Below, piece after piece: positions 38,681-50,561 of a stretch of 64,000 nt of DNA (positions are counted from its first letter, which is position 1; every line of letters begins with the position of its first letter). The stretch spans positions 2,170,001 to 2,234,000 of the forward strand of contig MU061904.1 of the NCBI GenBank assembly GCA_013265495.1, in the 5' to 3' direction. The stretch is from Vicugna vicugna (Eukaryota). The notes under the pieces were generated by a model. It ran no database searches and was not told the origin of the DNA. It saw only the letters and a list, made by a program, of their open reading frames with translations. Position numbers and translations under genes: made by a program.

Positions 38681-40966
38681 TCAGGTTTCTAATAAGGGGA
38701 TTGAAATCAGGTTCACTCAAGCTCAGACAGTACCCTCACCTCATCGAGGGAAGGGATGTGGGAAAGTGGGAGGCAATATTCAAGTTCAAAGAAGCCTGTG
38801 TGTGGTGGGGAAGCCAGATCCTGCCTTCTTTCTTTTCCAGGCTGGGCCAGGGAGAAGCTGCCTGCTGGGGTGGGTAGGTGGGGAGCTAGTGAGTGTGTAA
38901 TATGTCTGGCCTTGTGGGGGGCGGGAGAGGGTGCTCATCATGCAGCCACAGGTCAAAGAGCAACACAGTCACAGAGCTGCCCGCCCTCTGGGCTGGTCCT
39001 TGGCCTGGGATTCGGCCCCTGGGCCAACACCCCAGGAAGGGGATAGGTCTTGCCTCATCCTACTCTAAGGACAGTGAAACTCTGGGGATGGAAGTAAGCC
39101 AGGCACTGAAGTGCTGTGGGTTAGTGATAGGATGAGGGAGTCAGACTGGCCATCAAACCCTAGACAGCCCTGGGTTCCAATGCCTGACCCCAGTTGTCTC
39201 CTGTGTTCAGAACAAAGTCCAGGACTGGAATCTCTGCCCATGGCCCCTTCAACAGCGGGTGGTATCAGCACTGGAGATGCAGAGGTGGGGGCCAGACCAA
39301 AAAGGATCATCCTCCAAGGGCCTGTTCTAAGCCTCATAGGCCAGAGGAGAAGCAGCTTCCCAGTTTGCCCCACTCTCTATGGCCTTGGTGTCCCCACCTC
39401 GGGGAGGGAAAGAGGGACTGAGCCCAGGTTGAAGGGACCCCAGAGGCTCTTCTCTGGAAGCTGGAGTCTGGGACCCCTCAGCAGTGCTGGTCCTACCTGC
39501 TGGCCTCAGCGCAGGTGCTCCTGGGGATGTGGCAGCCCCTTCCGCCATTCTCACCTTCCAAGAAGCAACAGCTGCTTCCTATTTTCCTTTTAGAAGAGAC
39601 TTGTTAGTGGGGGGGGGGGTTAAGGGTAAGAATCCAAACCAGTTCAATATGAACCACGTGGTCAGAGCCAGGTGTCGGCGGGGAAGGGGTCCTGCAGCAG
39701 CAGGATCCTGCGGATACAATGGACTGGTGCTCAAAGCCAGAGTCTGAGGGCAGGTCTACCACTACCAGCAGGAGGGCTTCAGGTGTATCTCTTGACTTGA
39801 GCCTCAGTTTCTCCTTCTACAAAATGGGGCTAACAGCTACCACCCAAGTGCACTGTTAGGGTTAAAGCACTAGCATCATCACCATTGCTACTGACGCCAC
39901 TGATCTCTGCCCTCAGGACAAACTGGGGAGGTGCCTGAGCTTCCCACCCCTTCTCCCCAGAGGCCAGCCTTCCCGTTCCTCCCCTGCTCCTAGAGAACAT
40001 GGTGTAACCAGCTGTTGTTGGGGGACTGGGGTGTCCTCCCATCTAGGCTCCAGGCACAACAGTCAGGAAGTGCAGAGTGATCAGGTGTAGTCATCAGGGA
40101 ACAAGGTTCAAGACCAACAGGCAGGGCCAGACAGAGGTGGAGGGCAGGGGCGGGAACCAGTATGGTCACTCGTGTACACTTTACACAACAAACAGGAAGA
40201 CCTTGGGGGAGAGAGGAGAGGTGGGATGCAGGGAAGGAATGAGGGCAGCCAGGTGCCAGGGCACGAGTGAGGCCCCTCCCACCCTGGGGGGTTCAGTTAG
40301 GCCAAGTGCAGCTGAGGGGCAGGTCCCAGGCCCAAGCACTGTGCTCAGCCTCACCTCACATCCCGCCGCCCTCCCCACACCTGCTGTTCCCCACAGTCAG
40401 CCGGTTAGGCCTTAGTAATGAGAGGATGGGAATAGCCTCTCAACCTCATCCCCCACGGCTGGAAGGTGAGGAGCAGGAAGAGCCATAATGGGCTCTGGGC
40501 CCCTCTGAGGGGCTGAAGGGGACTCAGAAATTGGGACGAAAAAGGCCAAATGGTTTTTACTCTGTGAGCCCTGGGGAGGGCTGGGCAGAGCACAAATTGT
40601 CCACAAGAGGGTGGGCAAAGGAGGAGCTGGGGGTCTCCGTCTTGCTTCCCAGTGCCAGGAGGAGTGAGGGGGTGACAGGCTCCAAGCTGCAGTCCTGGGG
40701 TCCAGCTCCGAACCCTGCCCACCCGAGTCCACGCTGAGTCCTCGGCAGTCCTGTCTGAAGCCTGTGTCAGGAGAGGGGCGCTCCGTGGGCAGAGGGAAGA
40801 GGACGGCCCGGGCCAGCTGCAGCTGATCTGAGTTCTTCCAGGGCTGGAGTCTGTCCGCGGCAGAAGAGGCACAGCCGAGGCAGGGAGGCCTGAGGCCAGA
40901 GCCATAGCCCAGACCCTTCTGCTTCCAGGTCAGCGGTCTTGGTCAGCAGGAGCCGCTGGGTTCAGC

Positions 40967-43900
40967 TCAGAGCTCATCAGGGGGGCTGTGTGTGAGGGGG
41001 GATGCCTTCTGGATGCCCTCGTCCTCCTCAGGGCTGGGGTCTCCCTCGAGGCCACCCAGCTCCTTCCTCTGTTTGCTGCTGTCGCCACCAGAGGTCTTGG
41101 CCCTGCTGCTCTTCTTCTTGGATTTCTTCCCGCCCAAAGCGGCTGTGTCCCCCTTCTTGCCAGACCACTGCTCTGCCAGGCAGCCTGGGTGAGAGGACAG
41201 ACACCCTCAACAAGCTGGTCTGCTGGGTAAGGAGCACTGACGGCGGAGCCACTGGGGATGTCTGGGCCTTTCCCACCTGTCCCATCAAGCTCCCTGAGGA
41301 CAGAGATGCTACGATGCCCATTTCTTATTTCTTTTCCATTCTCTCCCTACCCGCCTCCCCCGAGGGGGAGCAGACAAAACGATCATACAACTGAGGCTGA
41401 CAGCCCTCAGACTCACTGGTGTCCTTGCCCTTCAGCACGTGGTTGGCACAGAGAAACTGTGTCAGGTCCTCCTCCTGGTGGTTCCTGTACCAGTCCTCGA
41501 TCACCTCCTCGAACTCCTCCACCAGTACATCGCACTGTTAAATAATCACAACACCTCACACTGGCAAAGCCCTGGCACTGACTTCTCCTGGGGGAGCCCG
41601 GCCGAGCCTCACAACCCACTGCCGGACAGGGGGGTGGCTGTGATTCCCCTGAGGAGGCTGAAGCCAGAGGAGGTGAAATGACTTGACATGGTCCCCTGGC
41701 TCCTGATAGCCTTCTGCGGCCTCAGACCCATCCCCCTACCCAGTCCTGTGGGGCACAACCGCCTCCAAGGGCAGAGGGGCCCATACCTGCTTCTTGAGGT
41801 CGGCCACCTCGGCCGAGGTCTCGTTCCACAGCTCGTAAGGGATGTCCATCACCACCTTGACCCCTTTGTGCACCAGGTTGTGTAGCGTCTCAAAGGTCTC
41901 TGACATGCCCTGGAAGAGGGGACCGGACATGAGAGGCTGGAGAGAGGCACCTTTCCTCTCCCGGTGCTGCTGGAGGCCCAAGGACCTAGCTCAAAGTCAA
42001 GATCAAGACCCCCGATGGCTTCTCACACTTGATCTCCTCTCCCCTCTTTTAGGCCAGAGTCCCATAATCCCTCTACACACGTACTCTGTCCTTTCAAAAA
42101 GCTCTGATGTCACCCTCAGGCCCTTTGAACCAAACTCCTTTTCCAGGAAATTAGTGTGTCCTGCTCTCTCCCCTCCCTGTGGTGGGCACACTCACTCCCC
42201 CACACCCATGCCCACCCCTGCTTCAGGTTCTTCCCCCGGCTTGTGTCTTTCCTTGGTGGGAAGATGGCACAGGCGAGGCAGGCAGGACTCTGGTTCTGTA
42301 GAAATACTTCTGCCAGCTAGCCTAGGTCTCCTCCCCAGAGACAACATACAGTCTATTTCCTCGTCTTTCTGGAGATAATGCGTGCACGCACACACAAATA
42401 TATCCTCCTCGCCTCCACCCCCGCTTTTTGCAAAGCAGCAGTATAAATCATACAGATTATTCTGCACCTTGACTTTTAAATGGCTTAATAATATATTTTG
42501 GAGATGGTTTTAGTTCCATTCACAAATAGCTACCTTGTTCTTGGCTTCACAGTTGCATAATAGTCCACTGAATGGCCATATTAATTTATTTAACCACTCC
42601 CCTACTGGTGAATGTTTAGGTTGGTTCGGTTTTATTTTATTTTATTTTATTTTTTGCTATGGAAAATAACTTTGAACATTTTTACATGAAAGTAAACAGA
42701 TTTATTACTGAGTACAACATTAGTATAAAATTAAGAAAACCCAAGACTCTTGTGGCTTGAGACTATTCCTCTGGGTGTCCCAGAGGTTTCTGATGGAGCT
42801 CCTTTGCTAGAAGGGTACTTAGGCAGAGAAACGTGGGAGACGGCTCTCTTACCAGGCATGGAAGATGCGGAGACAAAGAAATATGAGTCTTGTTGCAAGA
42901 AAGCTCCTTTTCCAGGGAGAGAAGCATTCGTGAACACAGTAAGTGCATTAAATGTCATAAAGGCACCATGATGGAGGTCCAGGGAGGGGCCCTGTGGGCC
43001 CAAAGGAGTGACCAGGTAGTCACTACCCACCTCCAAGAGTCTCCTGACATCTCTCTAAACCCCTACAGCTCCGCACATCCTGAGTTCTCCCTGTGCAAGT
43101 GCTTAGGTCTTCACGGGGACTCCCACCTGGGAGCATCTCTGCCTGAGGGTGAGGCAGGACCCGATGGGCAGGCCCAGGCCATCAGGAATGTGCCCATGGA
43201 CACTGGAAAGTCAGCCACTCAGGAGGGCAGGGGTGCAAACAGCAATGGATGAAGATCGAGGAGAGGCCAAGGAGGGCAGCTCCGAGGGCACGATCCTCCA
43301 GCGGCACCCAGACCAGCAGCCTGGCCCCAGGGGGGAAGAAGGGCAGGCACAAACCCAACCTTGGCAAACCGGTTGCTGCCAGTCCTCTCCTTGTGCAGGC
43401 TGTAGTCCAGGAGCCGCTTGCAGATGGTCTCAGTGACTTCGATTAACCGTAAGTCCCTGCCAAGACAGCAGCACAAGAGGGCCTGAGTCCCCCTCCTCGC
43501 CCCAGTGGGTTAGTGGTCCATCCCTCCAGCCCTACTACCCCAGCGCCTGCGCATCTCACCAACGGGAAGTCAGGGCTGGAAGGAAGATAGGTCATCTGGT
43601 CTGGGGGCTCTGAAATGCTGGAACACAGACCAGAGAGATACAATTTTAACAGCTCTATGGGAAGGAATTTTTTTTAATAAAGCTAAATGATTCAGTAGTT
43701 TTTTTTTAATAAAGCAAAATGTGTTAAAATTTGATGTTAAGCTATCATTTCATTTCGAAAGGATGATCATAGTTGATGGAAGTGTTTTTTGGTTTGTTTT
43801 TAATATTTATATCTGGCAAAATTAAAAGTTTTAGGCAATCCTATATTTTTAAACATTGGTCCATGAAATCCAAGAGTCTAGGGATCACTGAGAAGGTCCA

Positions 43901-46900
43901 ACAGTCTTGCTTTTACAGATGAGGAATCTGAAGCCCAGAAGAGTGCAGGGATTTATGAAGCCCACACAGTCAGTTGTGGGGAGAACCAGTGGGCAAACTC
44001 AGGTCTGTTAGAGCTGCCTTCCCATGGGAAGGGAGAAGGAAACTTCAAGCCACTGAAACCCCAAGGAACAAAGCAGGCCAGGCTAGTGGGTCCCCTGTTC
44101 GCTTACGACTTGGTGTATTTGACTCCGGAGGCCTTGCGGTCCAGGATGCCGTAGCCCGTGTCAATCACCTCCTTGGTCTTGCCAGTTTCCTCAAAGGCTG
44201 ACTTCAGCTCCACAGCAACATATTTACACACTATGGGAGGGATACACAGCACAGCCTACTGAGTGCATCCGGGTCTTTGACGGGAGCTGGCTCCCAGCAA
44301 AACAGACCCAAGTGGATGCCTCTCCTAGACTGGGTCGAGTCAATGCTTGGAGCAGAGAAGGAGTTAGCACCAGACCACCAAATGGAGTTCACTGAGTGAA
44401 GGAAACTTGGCTCCAAAATCCACTGCCCCAAGTCCAGTCTTGGCCCTTGTCCTATTGACTTCATTTCAATCATTTATTGTACTTTCAAAATTTCAAACAT
44501 ATAGAGAAGCTGAAGGAGTACAATGAATAACTATATACCTTCCACTCATTAATGATTTACCACACTCTCCCACCAATGTATAATATGAAACAATGTGATA
44601 ATAATAGATCTCAACAATACACACGTTGTTTTTGCTAAACCATTTTGAAAGTAAGTTGCGGACATCATGATCTTCACTCCTAAATAAGTCATCACCCGTC
44701 TCCTGAGAACAAGGACCTTCTCCTCCCTAGCCATAAAACAATTATAATCCTCGGAAAATTAGCAATAATTCCAGTATCATCTAATGCTCAGTCCACACTC
44801 AAACTTCTCTCCAGTTGTCCCCCAAATGTCTTTTACGGCTATTTTATTACTTTTTTTCACATGTTGTTCCAACACCAGCTCTCTATTCCTACCAAGTTAA
44901 TTTGCTCCCTCCTCCCCCAGAGGCCTGTTTCTTCTGTTTTTTGTACATTCATTTTCTCATTTCCACTTACTCTTCCTCGAACAGTTATTAAACAACTCCT
45001 ATGTGTCAGGCACTGCCTGGGGATACAGAGATGAAAACAAGGTCCCTCCCTTCCAGATACTCAGTCCAAAGGAGCGGAAAGTAGTTAAACAAATAATTAC
45101 CATTGCATAAGGAGCATTAGCACTGGAAGTGTGAAGTGCCCGAGGCCTTAGAAAAATGCTTGATGCCCTCTAGGGGCTTTGGGGCTTGTCTGCCCATTCT
45201 CCCAACCTCACCCTCAAAGCCTCCTCCCCCAGTAAGTGCTTCTGGATGAATCCCACCTGCTCTTGATTTCATTCTGGGACTCTGCAGGATCTATGCTCTC
45301 ACTAAGGGCCATGGTCATCTCATGTGTCTCTCCAATTAGACCACAAGGGTGCTCAGTATTAGGATTATGTACTGGATTTTTTCTTTATTCCTCTAGTCTG
45401 GGACTTTGTGTGTTGGGTACTTGATAAACATTGCTCAGAGAAAATGTGTTTGTGGTCGAGCAGCTTCTGATGTCTCCCAGTGAAATATGGTCTGCAGCCT
45501 AAATGCCATCAGCGTTTTTATAACACCAACAGCAGAGTTAGGTAGAAAACCAACTTACCACCAAAACAAATCAATCCCCTGCAGGCTTACTTGGTGGAAC
45601 TTTAAAACATACCCATTAATACGTGGCTTGGAGAACTTGGAACACATGAAAATTCCAAGATATAAGCCAGTGATCTCAGAGTCTGCAGTGAACTGAGGGT
45701 GTCTCACCTCCCTGGCTCTCCATCCAGGACCATCTGGGCTCCCTCCCCTCCTCTATCCTGCCCTCTGTGCAAGCTCATCATTTCTCTGGCTCCCGTGCCC
45801 TCCTCTCCCACAGTGTTCTAGGCCCTACAGGGCTACCATAACCTCACTTCCCAACTCTTCCAAACTTAACCTTGTCAAGCCCCCTCTGGGGATTCCACCC
45901 AGAACCAGACTTGGAGGAGATCCGTAGCATAGACCCCAGATCCTCATGGACATCTACCTGCTTTTTTCTGGGCAGGTTCTCCTTCCTCGGGGCCAAAGCC
46001 TGTTCCACTCAGACTACTGAGCCAGGAGGCAGACTTTGTGGGCCAGTCAGCATTAATAATAAAGGTATAACAGTGGTAAATAAACGTAAATACACTACTA
46101 AGAGGAACTTAAGGGTTGGAGTTTGCCAAGCCATCCTGCGACTGAAAGTCCTTTTTATTCTTTATCAGTTACCTACAACATCAGGTCAGACTAGAATGAT
46201 CTCAAGATCTTTGCCAGCTCTATGCTTCTTTGAGTCTCTTAAGGAAAAGAAATGTGAGTTTCTTAGGCTATGAGAATAATAAGAGAAACAGTAAGGGCTC
46301 TGTGGTATCAGAATAAGATAGAAAATGAGAAGGGGAAGTGAAACCCTCAAAGGCTATTGGTTATGACTAGAGGAAGAGTGACAGGAAGGCATCCAAACCC
46401 TCTGACTGTCTATTCAAGGGAGTGGGGTAAAGTACAGGCTAGAACCCACATCGGAAGGCCTGCCAGTGAAGCCAGCTCCTCTCGGAAGTATCTCACCTCT
46501 AATCTCTCAGATGAAAGGATTATGCATCCTGGGCCACCCCCACTTCCCACAGTTTAGGGAACATCTGGCCAGCCGTAGGCTTCGAATTTGGATGCAATAG
46601 ATTTATAGCCAACTTTCAGGGGTGGGAGGCTGGGGTTAGGGAGGTGAGAAGGAAGAATAGGCTGTAAAGGTCTGAGGAGGAAACCAAGAAATGAAGGGGA
46701 GGAAAAAAAGGGAGGCCGTCGGCAGTCCTGGATGGCCGCTTTGTGTGCTGGTGCTCTCTTCTCTCTCTCTGAAATTCCACATCTCCACCCATGTCTTTGG
46801 GATTCACTGTTGTCCCACATTCCTAAAACCTTCCTCCCTCACCAAGCTTCCCCAGGTTCCATTCTTCCCCCAAAATGATGGGTCTCGGACCCTCCTCCTT

Positions 46901-47725
46901 CCTCCACCCACACCCACAGCGCCCCGCGCCCCCGTTTATTCATACTTATTCCAAGTATATTCATTGGGTGCCTACCAAGCACAGTGTGAATAAATATCCG
47001 AGCCAAGGTTCCTGCCCTCAAGAGGCTCGCAGCCAGCGGGGGAGACTCTAATTACACAAAATAGGTTGGGTGAGGGAACAAGGGGAGAGTCTCAAGCTCT
47101 TCTTCCCCCAAGACCAGTCACATGGCTCTTTTCAGTTCCTCAAACTTATCCTTTGCTTGTAGGCCTCTGCATCTGTGGCTTCCTGAGTGGGGCCCTCTCT
47201 TTTCACTTTTCTTCACCCGTCTAACTCCTAATCACTCTTTGCGCTTCCTGGACGAAGCCTTCTCCCCAGCCCTAGGCTAGATTAAATGCTCCTTACCCAG
47301 CCCCCAAAGCCCTGTACCTCCTCTATCACGGCATCTGCTACCCCGATTATAATTGCTTGTTTCCACCGATTTCTGAGCTCCAGGTGCAACGAGACCTGAT
47401 CTCTCGCCCGCCCCATCCCCAGCGTCCAGAACAGCGCCAGGCACACAGAAGGTTCGAGGAGCGGAGACTCTTTCCAGAGCCCAGGACCTTGCACCCCTAT
47501 TCTCCGCAAGCCCCGCCCCCCCAGCAGCATACTCCTCATGGGCCCCGCCCCCTCACCTTCGCATTTGCTGGGCAGCCGAACCCAGTCGGTCTCATCTGCT
47601 CGGGCCTGCCTCGGGCCCAGCTCCGGGGCCGGCAGTAGCAGCAGCAGGAGCAATAACAGGGGAAAAAGCAGGAGACAGCGGGGCACGGGCTGGGGCCGGG
47701 ACACGGGCTCAGGTAACGGCTCCAT
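40967..47725 (-). CDS. CNPY3: Canopy FGF signaling regulator 3 (PRAT4A), ER co-chaperone for Toll-like receptors, 282 aa
   Basis: 6 exons: 47557-47725, 44107-44230, 43360-43456, 41787-41909, 41417-41534, 40967-41184. Total 849 nt. Leu-rich signal peptide, then [19 protein letters not shown] and [16 protein letters not shown], a Lys-rich tail, and C-terminal PDEL. Confidence 0.99.
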
Positions 47726-48170
47726 GGCCCAGCCGGGCCCGACCCGAGCGGACCGGGCTGCGCTTCCTCCGGCTGCGCGCGCTGGGCAGCTTCCCGGAGC
47801 CGCTCCCGGGACTGCACACGTGCCTGGGTGTAACCGGGGCAACCGCGAGCCCCCAGCGCGCTCCCTCCTCCGGCCGCCTCGGCCCGCCCCCAGAGCCGAC
47901 GGAGGCCCGCGGACAACGCAGCCAATGGGCTTTTGGGGGTTTGCCCGCTAGCGAATGGGAAAAGTATCTTTTTTTTGGCCTCGGCCAGTGAGAGATCGGA
48001 TGGTGTCCTCAGTGACCTATGGCACATCTTTTCCCACCCCTAACGGAGGCTCTGGGAGGGGCTAGAGGAGACCAGCACCAGGGGAGAGGAAGCAGCGCTC
48101 TGGTCCTGGAAGACGTGGGAAAGGCCGACACATACCTTCTCCGCCTCCTCGCACGTCACTTCCCCCTCTC
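47500..48170 (-). promoter_or_regulatory. CNPY3 CpG island and promoter
   Basis: CpG-dense around exon 1. CACGTG at 47817-47822, CCAAT near 47922, and GGAAGTGACGTG on the minus strand at 48152-48163. Confidence 0.7.
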
Positions 48171-50387
48171 GGGTCATAATACAGCAAGCTCTTACTGAAT
48201 GAGCACTTGTTTTAAAATTTTACTACTATAATGATTGTTTTTATTGTTGTAATTTCCAGTCACTCTAGTAAGCGCTGTGAATGAGACCGGAACTCAAACG
48301 GTCCCCAGCCCTCAGGCAGCTTTCTTATTATGCCCAGTAACCCTAGACTTGCCCCAGTGAGAACTAGAACGAATCACTTCCTCTCCGAGCCTCAGTTTTT
48401 GTCTGTATGATGACAAAAGTGATCCTCCTAGCTGCTGTTCAAGGCTTGCCTATTCCTGGGAAACTCAAATAGGTTAATGGAACTAAAGCTTATTGGGCAG
48501 ATTGTAAAAAGTTCACGGGTTATTTATTTATTTATTTTTTTAGTGTGTGACCTCATCCCCTTTTCTGCCCTATTATTTATGTCTTTAGATTTTGAGGTCC
48601 CAGAAGTCAGGGACTTGGCTAATGAACGATTGCATTTCCTCCCTTCTCCCTGGCAACAACTCGGAGCCTGGCTCAATGAACAACCCCTCCACCCCACTGT
48701 GTCCTCAAGAGGAGGACTCTGGGTCTTTGGGCTGCTTCAGGCTACCTCTGAGCTCAGTGTCCTATGGACTCACGCAGACCAAGGCTGCTTCTCTGGGAAG
48801 TTGTATGCAAATTCCATTTTTGTCCATAAACCGCTGTTTCTCTAGTGCCTATGTTTCCTTCCCAGAGGTTAGATATTTATGCTATTTTATAAAGACTTAA
48901 AAGACTGATGCTCAGTGCATCGACTTGTCGTTTCCTGGTCTAGCTGCTTGCTCAAAACAATTGTGTGAGTGACAAGGCACTTTGGATAAGCAGGAGCCAT
49001 GGTATGTAGAGTTCCACAGTGTATATACCAGGATGAGGACACCTCCTGAGGGCCTCCATGTTCTGTAGGCTTCGTAAGGCTCAGAGAGGCTCAGAGTCTG
49101 ACCATAGCACTTGATTTCCAGGGCCAGAGAGTCCGCCTGGGAAATAATGTTAAGCCAGCTCAGTTGGGATTTAGAGTCCGGGGCAGGGCAGAATTGGGGA
49201 AATGAGGGCAAGAGAGGAAAGAGCACTGAAGCTCAGGGGAGTCTGCTTCCAGAATAAACAAATGGGTCTCTGAGGGCATTTACTGAGACACAGATTAGTT
49301 TGGCACATGCTCTGGCCTCAGTATCTGGGCTGAGACCTGGGAAGGAAGAGCAGCTGGAGAAAGTCTGAGGTTATGGCTGGATACACCCCCGCTGCCACCC
49401 AGCCTACCCCTTCCTCAGTCTGTGTGTTAGGGGGATGGTGGACAGATTCATTCTAGAAGTTCTGCCCTCTCCCTCCTTCAAGAATCCAAAAAAGAGGTGG
49501 GAGAATCTCCTTCCAGGCTGGGGAGAGATGGACGATGGAGGGGAAGGTGAGGGTTTTCCTTGAACAGCAGCTTTGAGGACACAGGCTCAGGGAAGCTGGG
49601 AGTGTCATTGATGCCATGTGTGTGGGGGGGGTGTTGGAGCATAATTCCCCACTGCCACTCTAGGGGAAGGAAGACTAAAGTAGGGCCATTGATCCAGGAA
49701 ACTGTCCTATGCTGCCCAGGGGACATCTGGAGTCACATGAAAGCACCCAGAGATTCTTGGGGTGATTATTGGAGGGAAAACCCTGGGAAAGGCTGGATTT
49801 CCTGCCAGCACTGGGTAAACAGGGGACACACAGGTTACACTCCAGTGTGGGAGCTTCACATTCTATCAGTGCAAGAACTCTCTTCAGGAAATAAAACAAA
49901 ACCCTCTTTAGTGCCTGCCTGGCTCAGAGCTGACTCTCACTGAATATTTGTCAAGTGAATAGTGACCCTTTGTTGATTAATAACGTGTAAGTTTGGAATT
50001 ATGACCTGTGATCTTGGCATTGGTTATGATCTCGTCACCCTGGGATCCTGGCCCTGCTCTTTTCCATCAAGTCTGTACAAGATTTCACATAAGGCCCAAC
50101 ACCCCATCTTCCTGGGTTCCTGGGCTCCTTGCCCTCAACTCTCAAGAGATTGGGCCAGGGTGAGGAGATGAATGTAGAGAGGGCCTTGCCTCATGCCTGG
50201 TGATGGGGAAAGGAGACAGGTGGGACAGCATCCTCCCCAACCCCTGGCCCCACTCAGCAATTCCCAGGCTCTTACCCTCAGGAAATCTTCCAAGATTTCT
50301 GCCTCCTCTAAATCTACCCAGTTCCCTCCTCCTAGAGTAGACATGAATTAAAATATTTTTCATTTGCCTGTGTCATATAAGTTCTCC

Positions 50388-50393
50388 TTTAAT
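50388..50393 (-). terminator. Probable PTCRA polyadenylation signal ATTAAA
   Basis: TTTAAT on the plus strand, about 170 nt after the PTCRA stop. Confidence 0.55.
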
Positions 50394-50561
50394 TGTTTCC
50401 AGTTATCTGCACCTCAGATGTCCCAGTGCCTGGGTCGATCACCACCCTCAAGGGGCTTCCAGTCTGATGGGAGAGACAAAGCCATTTCCCTTGGCCCTCA
50501 GTTTGAGGAGGGGAGACCGAGCCTAGCCCCCAGGATGCTCCTGTCAGCTGGGGGAGGCAGA

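Noticed and set aside
47915-47945. Possible ERSE (CCAAT-N9-CCACG) in the CNPY3 promoter
   Set aside because: The CCAAT is not followed by CCACG at the required spacing.
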